From: Babesia bigemina | Taxonomy: Eukaryota | DNA: 64,000 nucleotides | Assembly: GCF_000981445.1 (NCBI RefSeq) | Contig: NC_027218.1 | Coordinates: 558,001 to 622,000 of the forward strand | Direction: 5' to 3' | Part shown: in pieces, positions 22,149-32,864 of the stretch | How the letters are laid out: each line of letters starts with the position of its first letter | How positions within the stretch are numbered: position 1 is the first letter of the stretch | Notes under the pieces: model-generated | The model's input: the letters and a program-made list of their open reading frames with translations, nothing else | What the model was told of the DNA's origin: nothing | Database searches by the model: none | Program-made: the position numbers and the translations under genes

Positions 22149-24869
22149 TCAGGGGGACGGCGGCTCATGTTCGGCATGCCGCTCAGAGCACATCTGCTCT
22201 ATGGAGCCCTTCACCAATTCACCCAACACGTCAGATGGGGATTCGACGTGCTGGCCCAGCATGCGATCGTTCTCCTCGATGTCACGGAGTATTTCCTTCA
22301 AGTCGCTCTGTTCGCCGTATATCTCGAGCACGACGTGCCATTTCAGCGCCTCCCAGCGCTCCTCCAAGCTGGCGTCCTCTGGCAGACTCGATAAGATGCC
22401 GCCATACATCTCTACAAACACGCGTTTTACATCCTCAACTGGGTTCCACTGTGCGAATTTGCGCAGCGATTCCTCGGCCAACATCTGTAGCTCCGACTTT
22501 GACGCCGCGTCCAGGTCCTCCCTGGTGAAACGGCGACCTGTCAGGTTCTTAGTTAGCTCGATGATTCGCTTAAGTTTCTTCTTCGACTGCTTGACCTTGT
22601 ACAGACCCTTCGCGATCAGCGTCTTAGGGTCTAAACCCGTGCCCAGGCCCTGCTCCTTTATCACCTGGCACAACAACATACGATTTTGGAAATCGGAGTT
22701 TTCCGCGCCTTTCACTGCTTCCTTACCCAGTTGCCGCAATATAGCAACTACTTGAACTTCCGCCAATTTGGGGACGTCAGATCGCCTTAGTAACCAGCCG
22801 CTACCCGGAAGCTGGATGCACTCGTCGAACAGCGTTGTGCGCGGAAGGACCTTTAGTTCTTCCGCGATAGTTTTCCGACGCAGATCCTCTATGACGTTCA
22901 GGCCGTCTAAGTTGTCGGCTGGCATCATTGACGTTGGGGGAACATCAATTTCTCTAAACGCAAACCGGCGAAGCTCCCCAGGACCGCCTTCATCTGCGGC
23001 ATTTCCAAGTACCAACGAGGGTGCATTGGACGACACTTTGGTGCGTTGGAATGACACTCTGCTCGCGCCGGTTGATGTATCAAAAGGGACATCAGTTGAA
23101 GTGGAGCTGCCAGCCTCCGACATCTCGGCATCGTCAAATACGGCGGGCTCGTTGGGCGAATCGACGTTCAGTAAGATAGGTTCCATAGTGGGCTCCCCGC
23201 GGATTTCCGTTGTATCTAACCCGGCTTCTGCATCCTCGAAGCCGTGATACCGCGTTCCATACTTATCGACGTCTGAGTCACGCATAAATTCGCGCACAAG
23301 CTCGTGGTAAGCAGGGCCATCCACGTTGTCAGGTGGGTCGGGTTCCTCAGCCTCGCGGTCAAACGTTGAAGTTGTATCAACTATCTTCTTGTTGCCGCCT
23401 ATGGATACGCGCCCTGCCGCGACCTCACTGCGTTTCACGTGCGGGCGGCCACCCAGCCACGTATCGCCGACCGCCACCCGCTGAAACACTTCTTCGTCAT
23501 GGATCCGATCTGGAATGTCACTGTCGTGCAGCGTAAACTTAGCGTATGTGTCGACCAGACGCCTCTCCCACCACTGCACCTTGTCGTCGCTCACAGAGGA
23601 GTCCATGGTGAGGTAGACCATGGAGCGCTTGGGCAGCGAAGACGGCGCATTCAAGGACTCGAAGGGTTCACCGAAATGCTCGCGCCATAAGTCTTCATCG
23701 AACGACGACTGGGCAGTGGTTTGGCGCACCTTCTCCACGTAGAGGTTCAGCTTGATGCCAGGGAAGAGCACCAGGTCCTTCGTTCGCAGCCACTCGCGCT
23801 GCTGACCCAGCAGGCCAACATTACGCGCGATACGGTTGCGCATCAAAACGCAGAACACCCGCTCTCGCAGACCTCCCACCGACTCGTATACGCTACAGTC
23901 CACAAGAACACCGTTGCGATAAATATTAGTCACGACGCCGCATATCCTAGAACCGCTTTTCAGGCTACAGACGTCGGTAGGCTCTATTCCGACGCCGTGT
24001 TTCATAACCAGCAGTTGAGGAGCGATGTAGTTGCGCTTCGCAGGCTCACGGCGGAAACCGGTCCGGTAGTACTCCAGGTACGCTGACTCTGTCACACGGT
24101 ACATGGGCACGTAACGAGTGCCGAGAGTTTTACCGGTCATTTCCCGCTGCAAGCGGTCCCTCTCTTCGATGTTGGAGCACCTAACGTACGCATCGCCAGT
24201 GAAGCAGCCGTTCTCGTTCTTGATGAGCACGACGCAGATAATATCATAACCCGATAGCCAGCTTTGAATGTCGTCCTCAGTGGCCTCGTACGGCAGCCCC
24301 TTAAGGTACACCACGGCATCATACCATGGTTCATGCGCCTCGGCAGGGCGTGGAATACGCTTCCGCTCCGGGCGTTTCTCGATACGTCTGACGAATTCCT
24401 CAAGGCTCACCTGCCGCAGGGCCTCTTTTGTCGGGTGGTCGGAAGACAGGTTCGCAAGCTCGTGCATCGTAGAATGTTGCGATTCCCAGCGGTTTTTGGA
24501 CTTGTTAGATTGTTTACTCAGCGATGATCGGCGTCGCTTCTTCACGACGGCAGGGTCGAACGAAAACCTGCCGGACGCGAATAACCGTGAATCAGACGCA
24601 AATAAGCCATCACTTCTCACGTTGTTTGCGACAAATGCGGGTACACGAGCCCCGAATTGGCTCCGTTGCAAACCAACATCCGGTCCCAAATGCTTCTGGT
24701 TACCCCTATACCTGTGGAGCAGACCAGAAGCAGCGCAGGGGCGCGGAAGATCCAGAAGCAAGAAGCAGTGCGCCAAACATGTGGCAGTTACCAAGGTCCT
24801 TATTGTATGCACTAACGAGAGAACATATCGCCCCATTACGTTGTGTATTTTCGCCACCGTAGCTTGCAT
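22149..24869 (-). CDS. RRM and S1-like RNA-binding protein with a putative bipartite apicoplast leader
   Basis: Hydrophobic signal segment followed by a basic, Ser-rich transit-like region. hnRNP-F/H-type RRM (VYLKGLPYEATEDDI...TGDAYVR...LGTRYV) and S1-like start (GSRICGVVTNIYRNGVLVDC). Confidence 0.7.
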   Translation of the reverse strand: MQATVAKIHNVMGRYVLSLVHTIRTLVTATCLAHCFLLLDLPRPCAASGLLHRYRGNQKHLGPDVGLQRSQFGARVPAFVANNVRSDGLFASDSRLFASGRFSFDPAVVKKRRRSSLSKQSNKSKNRWESQHSTMHELANLSSDHPTKEALRQVSLEEFVRRIEKRPERKRIPRPAEAHEPWYDAVVYLKGLPYEATEDDIQSWLSGYDIICVVLIKNENGCFTGDAYVRCSNIEERDRLQREMTGKTLGTRYVPMYRVTESAYLEYYRTGFRREPAKRNYIAPQLLVMKHGVGIEPTDVCSLKSGSRICGVVTNIYRNGVLVDCSVYESVGGLRERVFCVLMRNRIARNVGLLGQQREWLRTKDLVLFPGIKLNLYVEKVRQTTAQSSFDEDLWREHFGEPFESLNAPSSLPKRSMVYLTMDSSVSDDKVQWWERRLVDTYAKFTLHDSDIPDRIHDEEVFQRVAVGDTWLGGRPHVKRSEVAAGRVSIGGNKKIVDTTSTFDREAEEPDPPDNVDGPAYHELVREFMRDSDVDKYGTRYHGFEDAEAGLDTTEIRGEPTMEPILLNVDSPNEPAVFDDAEMSEAGSSTSTDVPFDTSTGASRVSFQRTKVSSNAPSLVLGNAADEGGPGELRRFAFREIDVPPTSMMPADNLDGLNVIEDLRRKTIAEELKVLPRTTLFDECIQLPGSGWLLRRSDVPKLAEVQVVAILRQLGKEAVKGAENSDFQNRMLLCQVIKEQGLGTGLDPKTLIAKGLYKVKQSKKKLKRIIELTKNLTGRRFTREDLDAASKSELQMLAEESLRKFAQWNPVEDVKRVFVEMYGGILSSLPEDASLEERWEALKWHVVLEIYGEQSDLKEILRDIEENDRMLGQHVESPSDVLGELVKGSIEQMCSERHAEHEPPSP

Positions 24870-25110
24870 CGCCTAAATTAGCCCATCCTTCCTAAAAAGA
24901 ATTTAATGGAGATGAGACCTGGGAGGTCCAGCAGCAGACGGCTGGGCCGTACTAACCAGACCGATACCCACGCATCTTGATTTATGCAATCATATGGCGC
25001 CCGGATAACCGGCAGAAATTAAACGTGCAAGTTGCCAAGTGGCGGTGAGTTGCGGAATGCAGAACGGACAACCTGGTAAAGCACAATACAGGGCGGCAGC
25101 ACAATGTCCC

Positions 25111-25417
25111 TTATTTCATATTGGAAGCCATGCCTTCCAAGCGCTTCAGGATGAAGTACTGGGTTTCGACGTTGCGTTGCCCGCACCTCCAGAGGCAAGT
25201 CTGCTGTGATGTCGTAAGTACCTCACCCGGAGAAGGGACGCAGCGATCGAAGCACACACCGAGCAGCTTCAGCGTCAGCTTCTGCGATTGGACGGCCTTT
25301 TGGAAGGATATCAAAATCTGTGGTACAGTTATTAACGCCGGCACTTATCAACGTGCCACCCACCTCAGCCTTCTCCTTCTCGTCCTTGATATTCTTAAAC
25401 GCCGACGAAACGTCCAT
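25111..25417 (-). CDS. Mitochondrial small Tim chaperone (Tim8/Tim13 family)
   Basis: Exons 25417-25364 and 25317-25111 give 86 aa with the twin CX3C motif CFDRC...CLWRC. Confidence 0.85.
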
Positions 25418-25628
25418 TATGCGGAAAACGTGCACAGTGCTTTACTGTGTGTATAGCGCTCTGCCTGGTAAGCCAATCACCATTTCGCGCCTTGCACAGC
25501 GGGCATGGTGCCCGCGGCCACCGTGCAGTTGTGATTGCTTTAGACACCGATATATATTTTGTTAGATATAACATGAGTTTGGAATAATCCAAGGTGGCGA
25601 TAAACTACCATCAGGTGCTACGTTTACA

Positions 25629-26129
25629 CTAGAATAGCGGCTTGCCAGATGACAGCCTGTCGCGGCAGATACGTGATATCTGGTATACACCAGTGACAGC
25701 CATCGCAGCGTTAACTGTACAGTAATGGTGGCACGTGTATTCAACTCACCTGCCAGAAGGTTGTAGTTAACGGGGGTAATCACGGTACTGTATCGCGACC
25801 AGATTATGCCGGTGCAGCTCACGGCTGCAATGTGTTATCACGGGGCCGCTCAAACCTACCTAGCTGCTGCGGTAGCGATAGCTTGTCAGTAGGACGGTTT
25901 ATATCCGCCAAATTCGCTATGGAAATTCCCCACTTGAAAGTCGGTGCGTAGAAGTGAATCGTGAAGGGGCCGGCGGGGTGAGCTGTGAAACGCGTCATAA
26001 ACCGAAGCCGAGTTGGCGTGACATACCTAGTACTGCTTTGGCTTTCTCTGGAAGCGGAAGCGCCAGCACCTTCGCTTGCAATACGGGAACCACACCCGGG
26101 TAGAAGACCTTCTGCAGAAAGCCTAACAT
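25629..26129 (-). CDS. MPC2: Mitochondrial pyruvate carrier (MPC2/BRP44-like)
   Basis: Spliced ORF MLGFLQKVFYPG...AHPAGPFTIHFYAPTFKWGISIANLADINRP...TGIIWSRYSTVITPVNYNLLAVN...YQISR. Confidence 0.88.
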
Positions 26130-26218
26130 TACGACGCAATTACACGGACGACATTTAACAAATTATGCGCAATATTTTTGCCTAAATCGGGCTGCAGGCA
26201 GAAAGGGCACAAACTGCC

Positions 26219-27943
26219 TCATGTGTCCACCAACTTCCACACCTTGATATACTCGTCGTCGCCCACAGTTGCAAACAGTAGACGTGAGTCGTGGCGCTTC
26301 CACGACACACCGTTGACGTCGGAATTGTGCGCAACAAACTGAAAGCGTATCTATCTAGAGAAACTCACAATACCTCTATGCGTCGACCGTCACCGTCGTT
26401 GCCCGGATGCATTATCTTCACCATGTTATCGCCGCCTCCCTGCGAATCGTCACATGCGGTCACCTGTCTACATACCGTCAGCAGCAGAGTGTTTAAGTCC
26501 ACGGAGTACACAGGCCGAGAGTGGTGGGATTCTATGCAGTGGCAAGGCTGCCAGTCGTCTGCCACGTCGATGATTCAGGGGTAGCACAGTACCCACCTGC
26601 AATGAGCGGGTGCTTCAGCTGGTGGTCACGGATCTTGCTCATCTTCCTAGCCATTACGTGCGAAAATGTCGCATCAATCGGGCCCAGCTTCAAAATTGCG
26701 CCCGTGCAGGCGACCTGCCGTTGCAGTTCTGTCAGCTGCTCCACGTAATCACGCGCCTTTGTACCTAAAAAAATGTGTCGAGATGTCCACGAATTTTGTG
26801 TGCTTTTCACTGCCAATATAGCACTGAGCAGCCAATCCTCAATATTGGGTTGTTTACCGATCGCAACTACCGTCACTTACTTTGGAAGACGAACACCGTG
26901 CCGTCAGCCGCGCCTGCCGCTAGACGGCTGCCGTCCACGTCGAAAGATACCGACCAGACGGTCGACGTAAACATGCTTAGAGTCTGGATGCATACCCTCG
27001 CACAAAGTTTAAAATAAGCTTAATCGACGTACCAGTCCTGACGGATCAGGCCCCAGAGCCGAACCGTCTCGTCGTACGACGAACTAGCCAACAACAGGGC
27101 ATTGGTGCTCCAACAAACGCACTTAACATCTGAATGCCGTATAAATGACCCTGCAAGCACGCATACCTTGCGTGTGGCCCGTCAATATGGCTGTGCAATA
27201 GAATTCCAGGGGACCATTACTGGGGCCCTGCGGCAACCGGGCAATATCATACGCATCGTTGTCTGCGCTGGAATAAGAGCGTTGGTGGATCCAGACGGTT
27301 TTGTCACGTCCGCATGTTGCGATGTAAGTAGAGGTGCAGTCGAACGCGGCGCATTTCACTTCGTTTTCGTGCCCCTCAAGTACACAGAGGCATGACCACG
27401 TCTGCAGACCCGAAGAGTCGTTGGAAGCCAGCGAATCATGTACAGTTTCGGGCTCTACTTTACGGAGACCTCCCAAGTCATCATTTTCACGACCCCAGAC
27501 AGTTGCAGTGCCGTCGAAGGATGCGCAGATCAAGTATCTGCCGTCACTGCTGAACCTCACGCTCCGAACGGTCTTCTTGAAATGATTGTCTATCACAGCC
27601 TGTGCCGATATAAGCATGTAAACTTCAAGTCAAAAGCGAGTGTACAATATGGTAGCTGAAGATGTGTCTAACAGTGAAATATTGCGTATTTTGTTGCCTA
27701 CGCTGAGACACGGGTGGTACACATTACCTCCAAAACGATGTCATATTCCATGCCACAACCGGCGTCGTAGGATGCACATAGATGAGCCTTGGAGGCGACT
27801 CCATCCGCGCGTTCCTTGAGATGCCATATACGCACGCTGCGGTCCGAGCTACACGTCGCAAAAATCGGCTCCACTGGGCTCCAGGCGACCGACCAGATAC
27901 ACTCACTGTGCCCCTTTACACAGCCTACATGTTGTACCTCCAT
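26219..27943 (-). CDS. CIA1: Cytosolic Fe-S assembly WD40 protein CIA1/CIAO1
   Basis: Multi-exon WD40 gene: GHSECIWSVAWSP, KTVRSVRFS, LEGHENEVKCAAF, ATCGRDKTVWI, LTGHTQ, C-terminal GDDEYIKVW. Confidence 0.88.
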
Positions 27944-28267
27944 GGGTACAACAAGGTGCATAAAATTGCGGCAACGCGTCGCCACAAATCACCTAGACGG
28001 GCACGCCTGGAACCCAAAAGTCATCACGCCACACACCAGGCGACAATGCGATAAATCTGCCGAGATTCCAGCGCTGTCGCCTACGGCAGGCGATCACATA
28101 TCCAAATAAACAAATGCGTGTATATTTTGGTTTACCAGTGAATGTAGATGATGTGGAATCTGTGTCACGTCACAGCAACATACACAGATAACTGCTGGTG
28201 ACGCAATTAGGACGGTCGACGGCGCAGTGACTGTACAGTACGCTGCAATTGCGATGCGTAATGTTAT

Positions 28268-29610
28268 ATGGAAGGTTGGAATATGGACGATGCAAGTTCA
28301 CCTCCGCATGATGCCAAGTTCAGTTGTGATCTCTGCTCAGCCACCTTTATAGGTAGGCGAAACCTCAGAAGACACACACAATCAGTTCACACCACCGAGG
28401 TAGGGCAAAATGAAAAGAAGTCGATTGCTGCAGAAATCCTACGGGTGCGATAGCTGCGGTAAAAGCTATTCACGTTCCGATCACCTCAAAAGACACATCA
28501 GGAGCCACGGCCGCAGCAGGACGCAATTCGTGTGCGGTGTTGACGGGTGCCAAAGATCATATGTCAACCATGAAGCCTGCCTGGAGCACAGGGCAATGCA
28601 TATAAGGAAACTAGAGGATGGGCATATATACGTAAAGGGTTTCCTGGTGGAGAAACATATCGCAGAAGACGTAACGTCGTTCGTTTGCCCAGTACAGGGT
28701 TGTAACAAGTTGTATCAATCGTATGGGGGGATTTCGAGACATATCGCACGCAATCATTCGGGATCTCTCATATGTGGAATCGACGGCTGCACGCGTTCAT
28801 TCGAGAACAAAGAGCCATTGGAGGAACACCGGAAGAAACACGAACAACAGTCCGATCCAGGAATATGCTACATAAAGGGGTATGCGGTGAAGAAGATCGA
28901 TAAAGAGGACGGCACGGTTCTAATCTGCCCCTTCGAAGCCTGTTCGTCGTCTTGTCATTCAACATCGGGAATGACAAAGCACATCTCAAGGCATATTTCC
29001 CAAAGTAGTCTCGTAGACGACATAGCAAAGGAGCCTCCAGCGTTCCTATGTCCCCACGAGGGTTGTGGGCGAATATTCACAAAGGTTGGTGTATGCATTC
29101 GGTCGCACGATAACTTCTTATGTGACACGATCTCATACCGCATCGCTTGTCATGCCGTAAATAGTACATTCTGCCAATAGATTGGCTGTGTAGGCTGGCG
29201 CCGAAGCGTTGTTGAATGCCGACGTGGCATCAAACAAAGTTCCGCCGATCTTTCGCTGCTGAATCCGTGATTCAGGAATTGGCAACCGTAGCAACGAAGG
29301 TGGTGGTGGTTCCAAATCGAATTGAACGATTATACAATACGTGTGAGTACAATTTATACAAACGTTATTCGGTTTTCATGCGGCTGTTCGTGCAGGCACT
29401 CCGTACAAACATTTCATGCCCTTGCAGAGAAGCAACCTACATATGCACGCCAGACAAGCGCACGGCGATACCAATCGTTACACGTGCGACGAGTGTAAGT
29501 CGGAATACAAGTTTAAGAGCTCACTTCGCAAGCACAAGTGCGCCGCCACTAAGACATACGACCAGCAAATGGGTTCGCAATCTTCTCCGTTCCTTCCACC
29601 GGATGAATAA
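28268..29610 (+). CDS. Multi-C2H2 zinc-finger protein, TFIIIA-like
   Basis: Exons 28268-28399, 28434-29084 and 29428-29610. Seven C2H2 fingers (five with CX4C spacing, e.g. CPHEGC) plus a terminal C2HC-like finger. Finger 7 is completed only by splicing 29085-29427. TFIIIA identity is an inference. Confidence 0.7.
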
Positions 29611-30038
29611 CTGTTACCTGAGCTATATTGGCTACCAATTGCAAACAACACGCTAGCTCTGCCTGAAACGCAGAGCGTAATGTAGAACACGTATTTAGGG
29701 GCTGAAACAGATAGACTTACCGACGTGCCGCGGGCAACCAAAAGACCCAATTGACGGGTTTTATCGGTCACTCTGTCAGGGTCTTCGGGATCTACGCATG
29801 TATATAAGGCCTCGAACACAAATTACCGCGCAAAAATTCTTCCGTGTCGTCCAAAACGAGATTCGACATCGCGTCATGACCCTTCAACACCCCCTGAACT
29901 ACGAACAAGTGGAAATTATATTGTATAAAACTAACCTTCGCGTCCGCCGCTGAATTTTACGTACACCTTCTTGTTCAGGTAGGCGTTCAGCTTTATAACG
30001 CTCTTCACGTCGCGGAAGCTCTTACTCGGAGCCGTCAT
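29549..30038 (-). CDS. LSM7: U6 snRNA-associated Sm-like protein LSm7
   Basis: Exons 30038-29936, 29898-29827, 29791-29721 and 29617-29549 give VKFSGGREVQGVLKGHDAMSNLVLDDTEEFLRDPED...RQLGLLVARGTSVTVIHPVEGTEKIANPF. Confidence 0.92.
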
Positions 30039-30222
30039 TGTTCGGCCAAACGTTTACATATTACGTCACAAACGTGCAAATAAACGCCGCAGCAAGCATG
30101 GATGCTGTTCAGCCAACAACGTCCGAATGACATAGCTAGCCCGATCACACACCTTACGGGCCGGGGCCCTGGCTATCAGATGCAATGGCAGTGTCTGAGC
30201 ACCATTATCGATGTATAGTGTC

Positions 30223-30989
30223 TTATTGTTTGCTGTTATGCGTTGTTTTCCTTTCATTAGCAACCTGCGAAAAGCTTGAACGAGACGCAAGGGGCAAACG
30301 TACCTTTACTGGTTGTCCAAGTTGCTCGCTGCTAGGCAGAGCTACCCCGTGCTTTTTGCGGTCTCCACGCAATCGATCTCGACTGTATTTTACACTGTCG
30401 AATTGTGGAATGTCTAGACGCAAAACTTACTTGCTTACGGCACTTTCATCGTCAGCCACAGCGCTGGCGGTATTTGCAGACCTCGAACTCGTAGAATCTG
30501 GCTTCCGCCAGGATGGCGAAGCGACATCGCTTATGCGACGTTGAGCCACACCTTCATTTGTTTTGCCATCCGAGGCTGCGCTGACAGTAACGATATCCTT
30601 TCTCTCTTTACGATCGGTGCTCCTGGGCACAGAGCGCCACGACCTGCCCTTGACTTCCGCCGATTGCACCTCGCCGTGCTTCTTCGCTTCGTCTGTTGCG
30701 ATACATGCTGGTGTAGCTGTCTGTGGAGACCGGCGGAAGCGCGGAACATACGTGCCTTGCTCGTCCTAGAGCCCATGAAACAGATAAACAACCCACACAC
30801 CTGAGGGACGTAACCAGGACGAACCTTTATGTCGCGGCGGTAGCTGCCATCCTTCCGCTGCGTTCCCTTGATGAACGTCTCACCAGTGGCAGTGTCGACG
30901 GTGTAAACTTCGCCGCGGGCGGAACGGAAGTTCGCATTACCTTGCAGGCTAAGGCTCGACAGCGACTCCGCGATCTCATCCACTGACAT
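30223..30989 (-). CDS. PYM1: Partner of Y14 and Mago (PYM/WIBG), Mago-binding domain protein
   Basis: FIKGTQRKDGSYRRDIKVRPGYVPQ|DEQGTY matches the Mago-binding motif. The 3' exon structure is approximate. Confidence 0.8.
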
Positions 30990-32864
30990 AGCGGAACCGT
31001 AAACTATTGTCAGTCACCTATCAAAGTGACTGATCGGGTGTGTCACGATAGGTGGAAGGTAATATGAGACTCACTAATTCCCCATCGATCAGCGACGCAC
31101 AGGACAGGGGCAACAGCAAGGGGTCGGAGCCAAGTCAAAGTAATAACAGCACCAGTCACAGTGCTTAAGCATCGCTAAGTGTGACTGATAGTTCACAGTA
31201 AATGCAAGTTCGGCACAATTGCTGCATAATCAAGATTCACAAAGACAGAAAGCAGCCGTTCGTGCACGGAGACAACCACTACGAGGATTCCTGTCTTTGT
31301 ACCGCTGATTCCCAGCTATACTGACGTAAACAACTTTATTCAGCGATGGAAATAGTGTATCAATGGCTGTACGCTGTGCAGAATGATATGCTCCCTTCTG
31401 ACAACGGAATCAATTAAATGTTCTGGAAAACATAAAACAGCAAGCTGCTGTGGCTCCGAAGATATGAGTGACAATAACAGATTCTTATCACGTCGACTAG
31501 TAATCACTTAGGCAGATACGATGGTATCGAATGTTGCTGGGCGCAGCCCGACGCAAGCCAAGTATACGTGTCAATGTTAGCTCTACACGGGGTTCATTGA
31601 AGACTTTACAGGCAGTATAATGCTATTCATACATTGCAACCTAGTCAACAAACTGGCGCTCTGCTAGGAAATATTGCATTCATGCGGAGTGTCTCACACC
31701 GCGAGGCCGCCGGTCAAACCCGTATGCTCCGCCCTAAAGACGTCAGATAACAGCGGAATCCCAACCGCCATTACCACTGTACACATTTAGTGTAATGGTA
31801 AAATGCGAATTATGCCGTTCTGGAAGGGTCGCCGAATGTGCCAGTAGTGGAAGGCAGATCTAGCGACGCGTAATACAGCCTCTGCAGGTTCACAGTCGCA
31901 TACGATACACGCAAATGTAACTACACCCAGAAAAAACAATGCACACAATCCCGGGCACCTGCTAAAACAGCCAGCTGGCCAACAACCGACTCGCGCTTCA
32001 ACCTCTCGTCTGTGGTGGGCTTGTGTGGTACTCCCGTGTCCGCGGCACTGCTGGCAATTTTAATATGCTATACACAGACAAAAGCTTTTGTGCAACTGTC
32101 GTTTTGTTACGCTATCCTGGACAATCAAAATAGGCAACTGCCGCAGCCAATGGTGGAAAGCATCCGAACGTTGGGAAGGAAAAGAGAAGGCATTATACTA
32201 CCTTCGAAGCGATCAAAGGCAAAGGCGATACGAAACAAACAGATTGACTGCCTCGATCGGTGAGGTACTTCTCATATGGTTTATTGAAGGAATCTTGCGC
32301 GTGTTGCGAATCAGCGGTCGGAACACACGCGCGTATAACGGGCAAACAGTCAAATCAATGCGCTTGCAGTGCTAAAAGTGCCTTAGTGGAATGTTAAATT
32401 CTCGCATAAGGCACTCCCAAGGCGAAAGTGCCGTGACAGGTTCCAAAATCTGCAGGCGAACTAGGATACATCTGCGGAAGGCAGGGCAGCTTCTCTAATC
32501 ACAGACACCCTAGAGGCTGCCTTGAAATAATACTAGACGGTCCAACTCTTGGGAATGTTGGATGTCACAAACAAGCATATACCTGGCGTCTGCCCTAACT
32601 TGAACCGAGACATCCGGGTCAGCGGCTAATGGAAACCGTCGCGCAACGCTTAATGACTTAGTGGTGACGCAACCTAGTCTACACTCTGGAACGCTTCCTG
32701 GAATTAGCATCAGCCTCTAAGAAGTATACTTGAATAGCAAACACAAATACGACCTGTAACGAGATCGAGACACATCATTAGCCGTACAGAAGTCCAAATT
32801 GTATCGACGCAGAGCATCGAGGAACATAGGACAGCACTGAACTTGAAATTTAGGCAAGGGCAAA

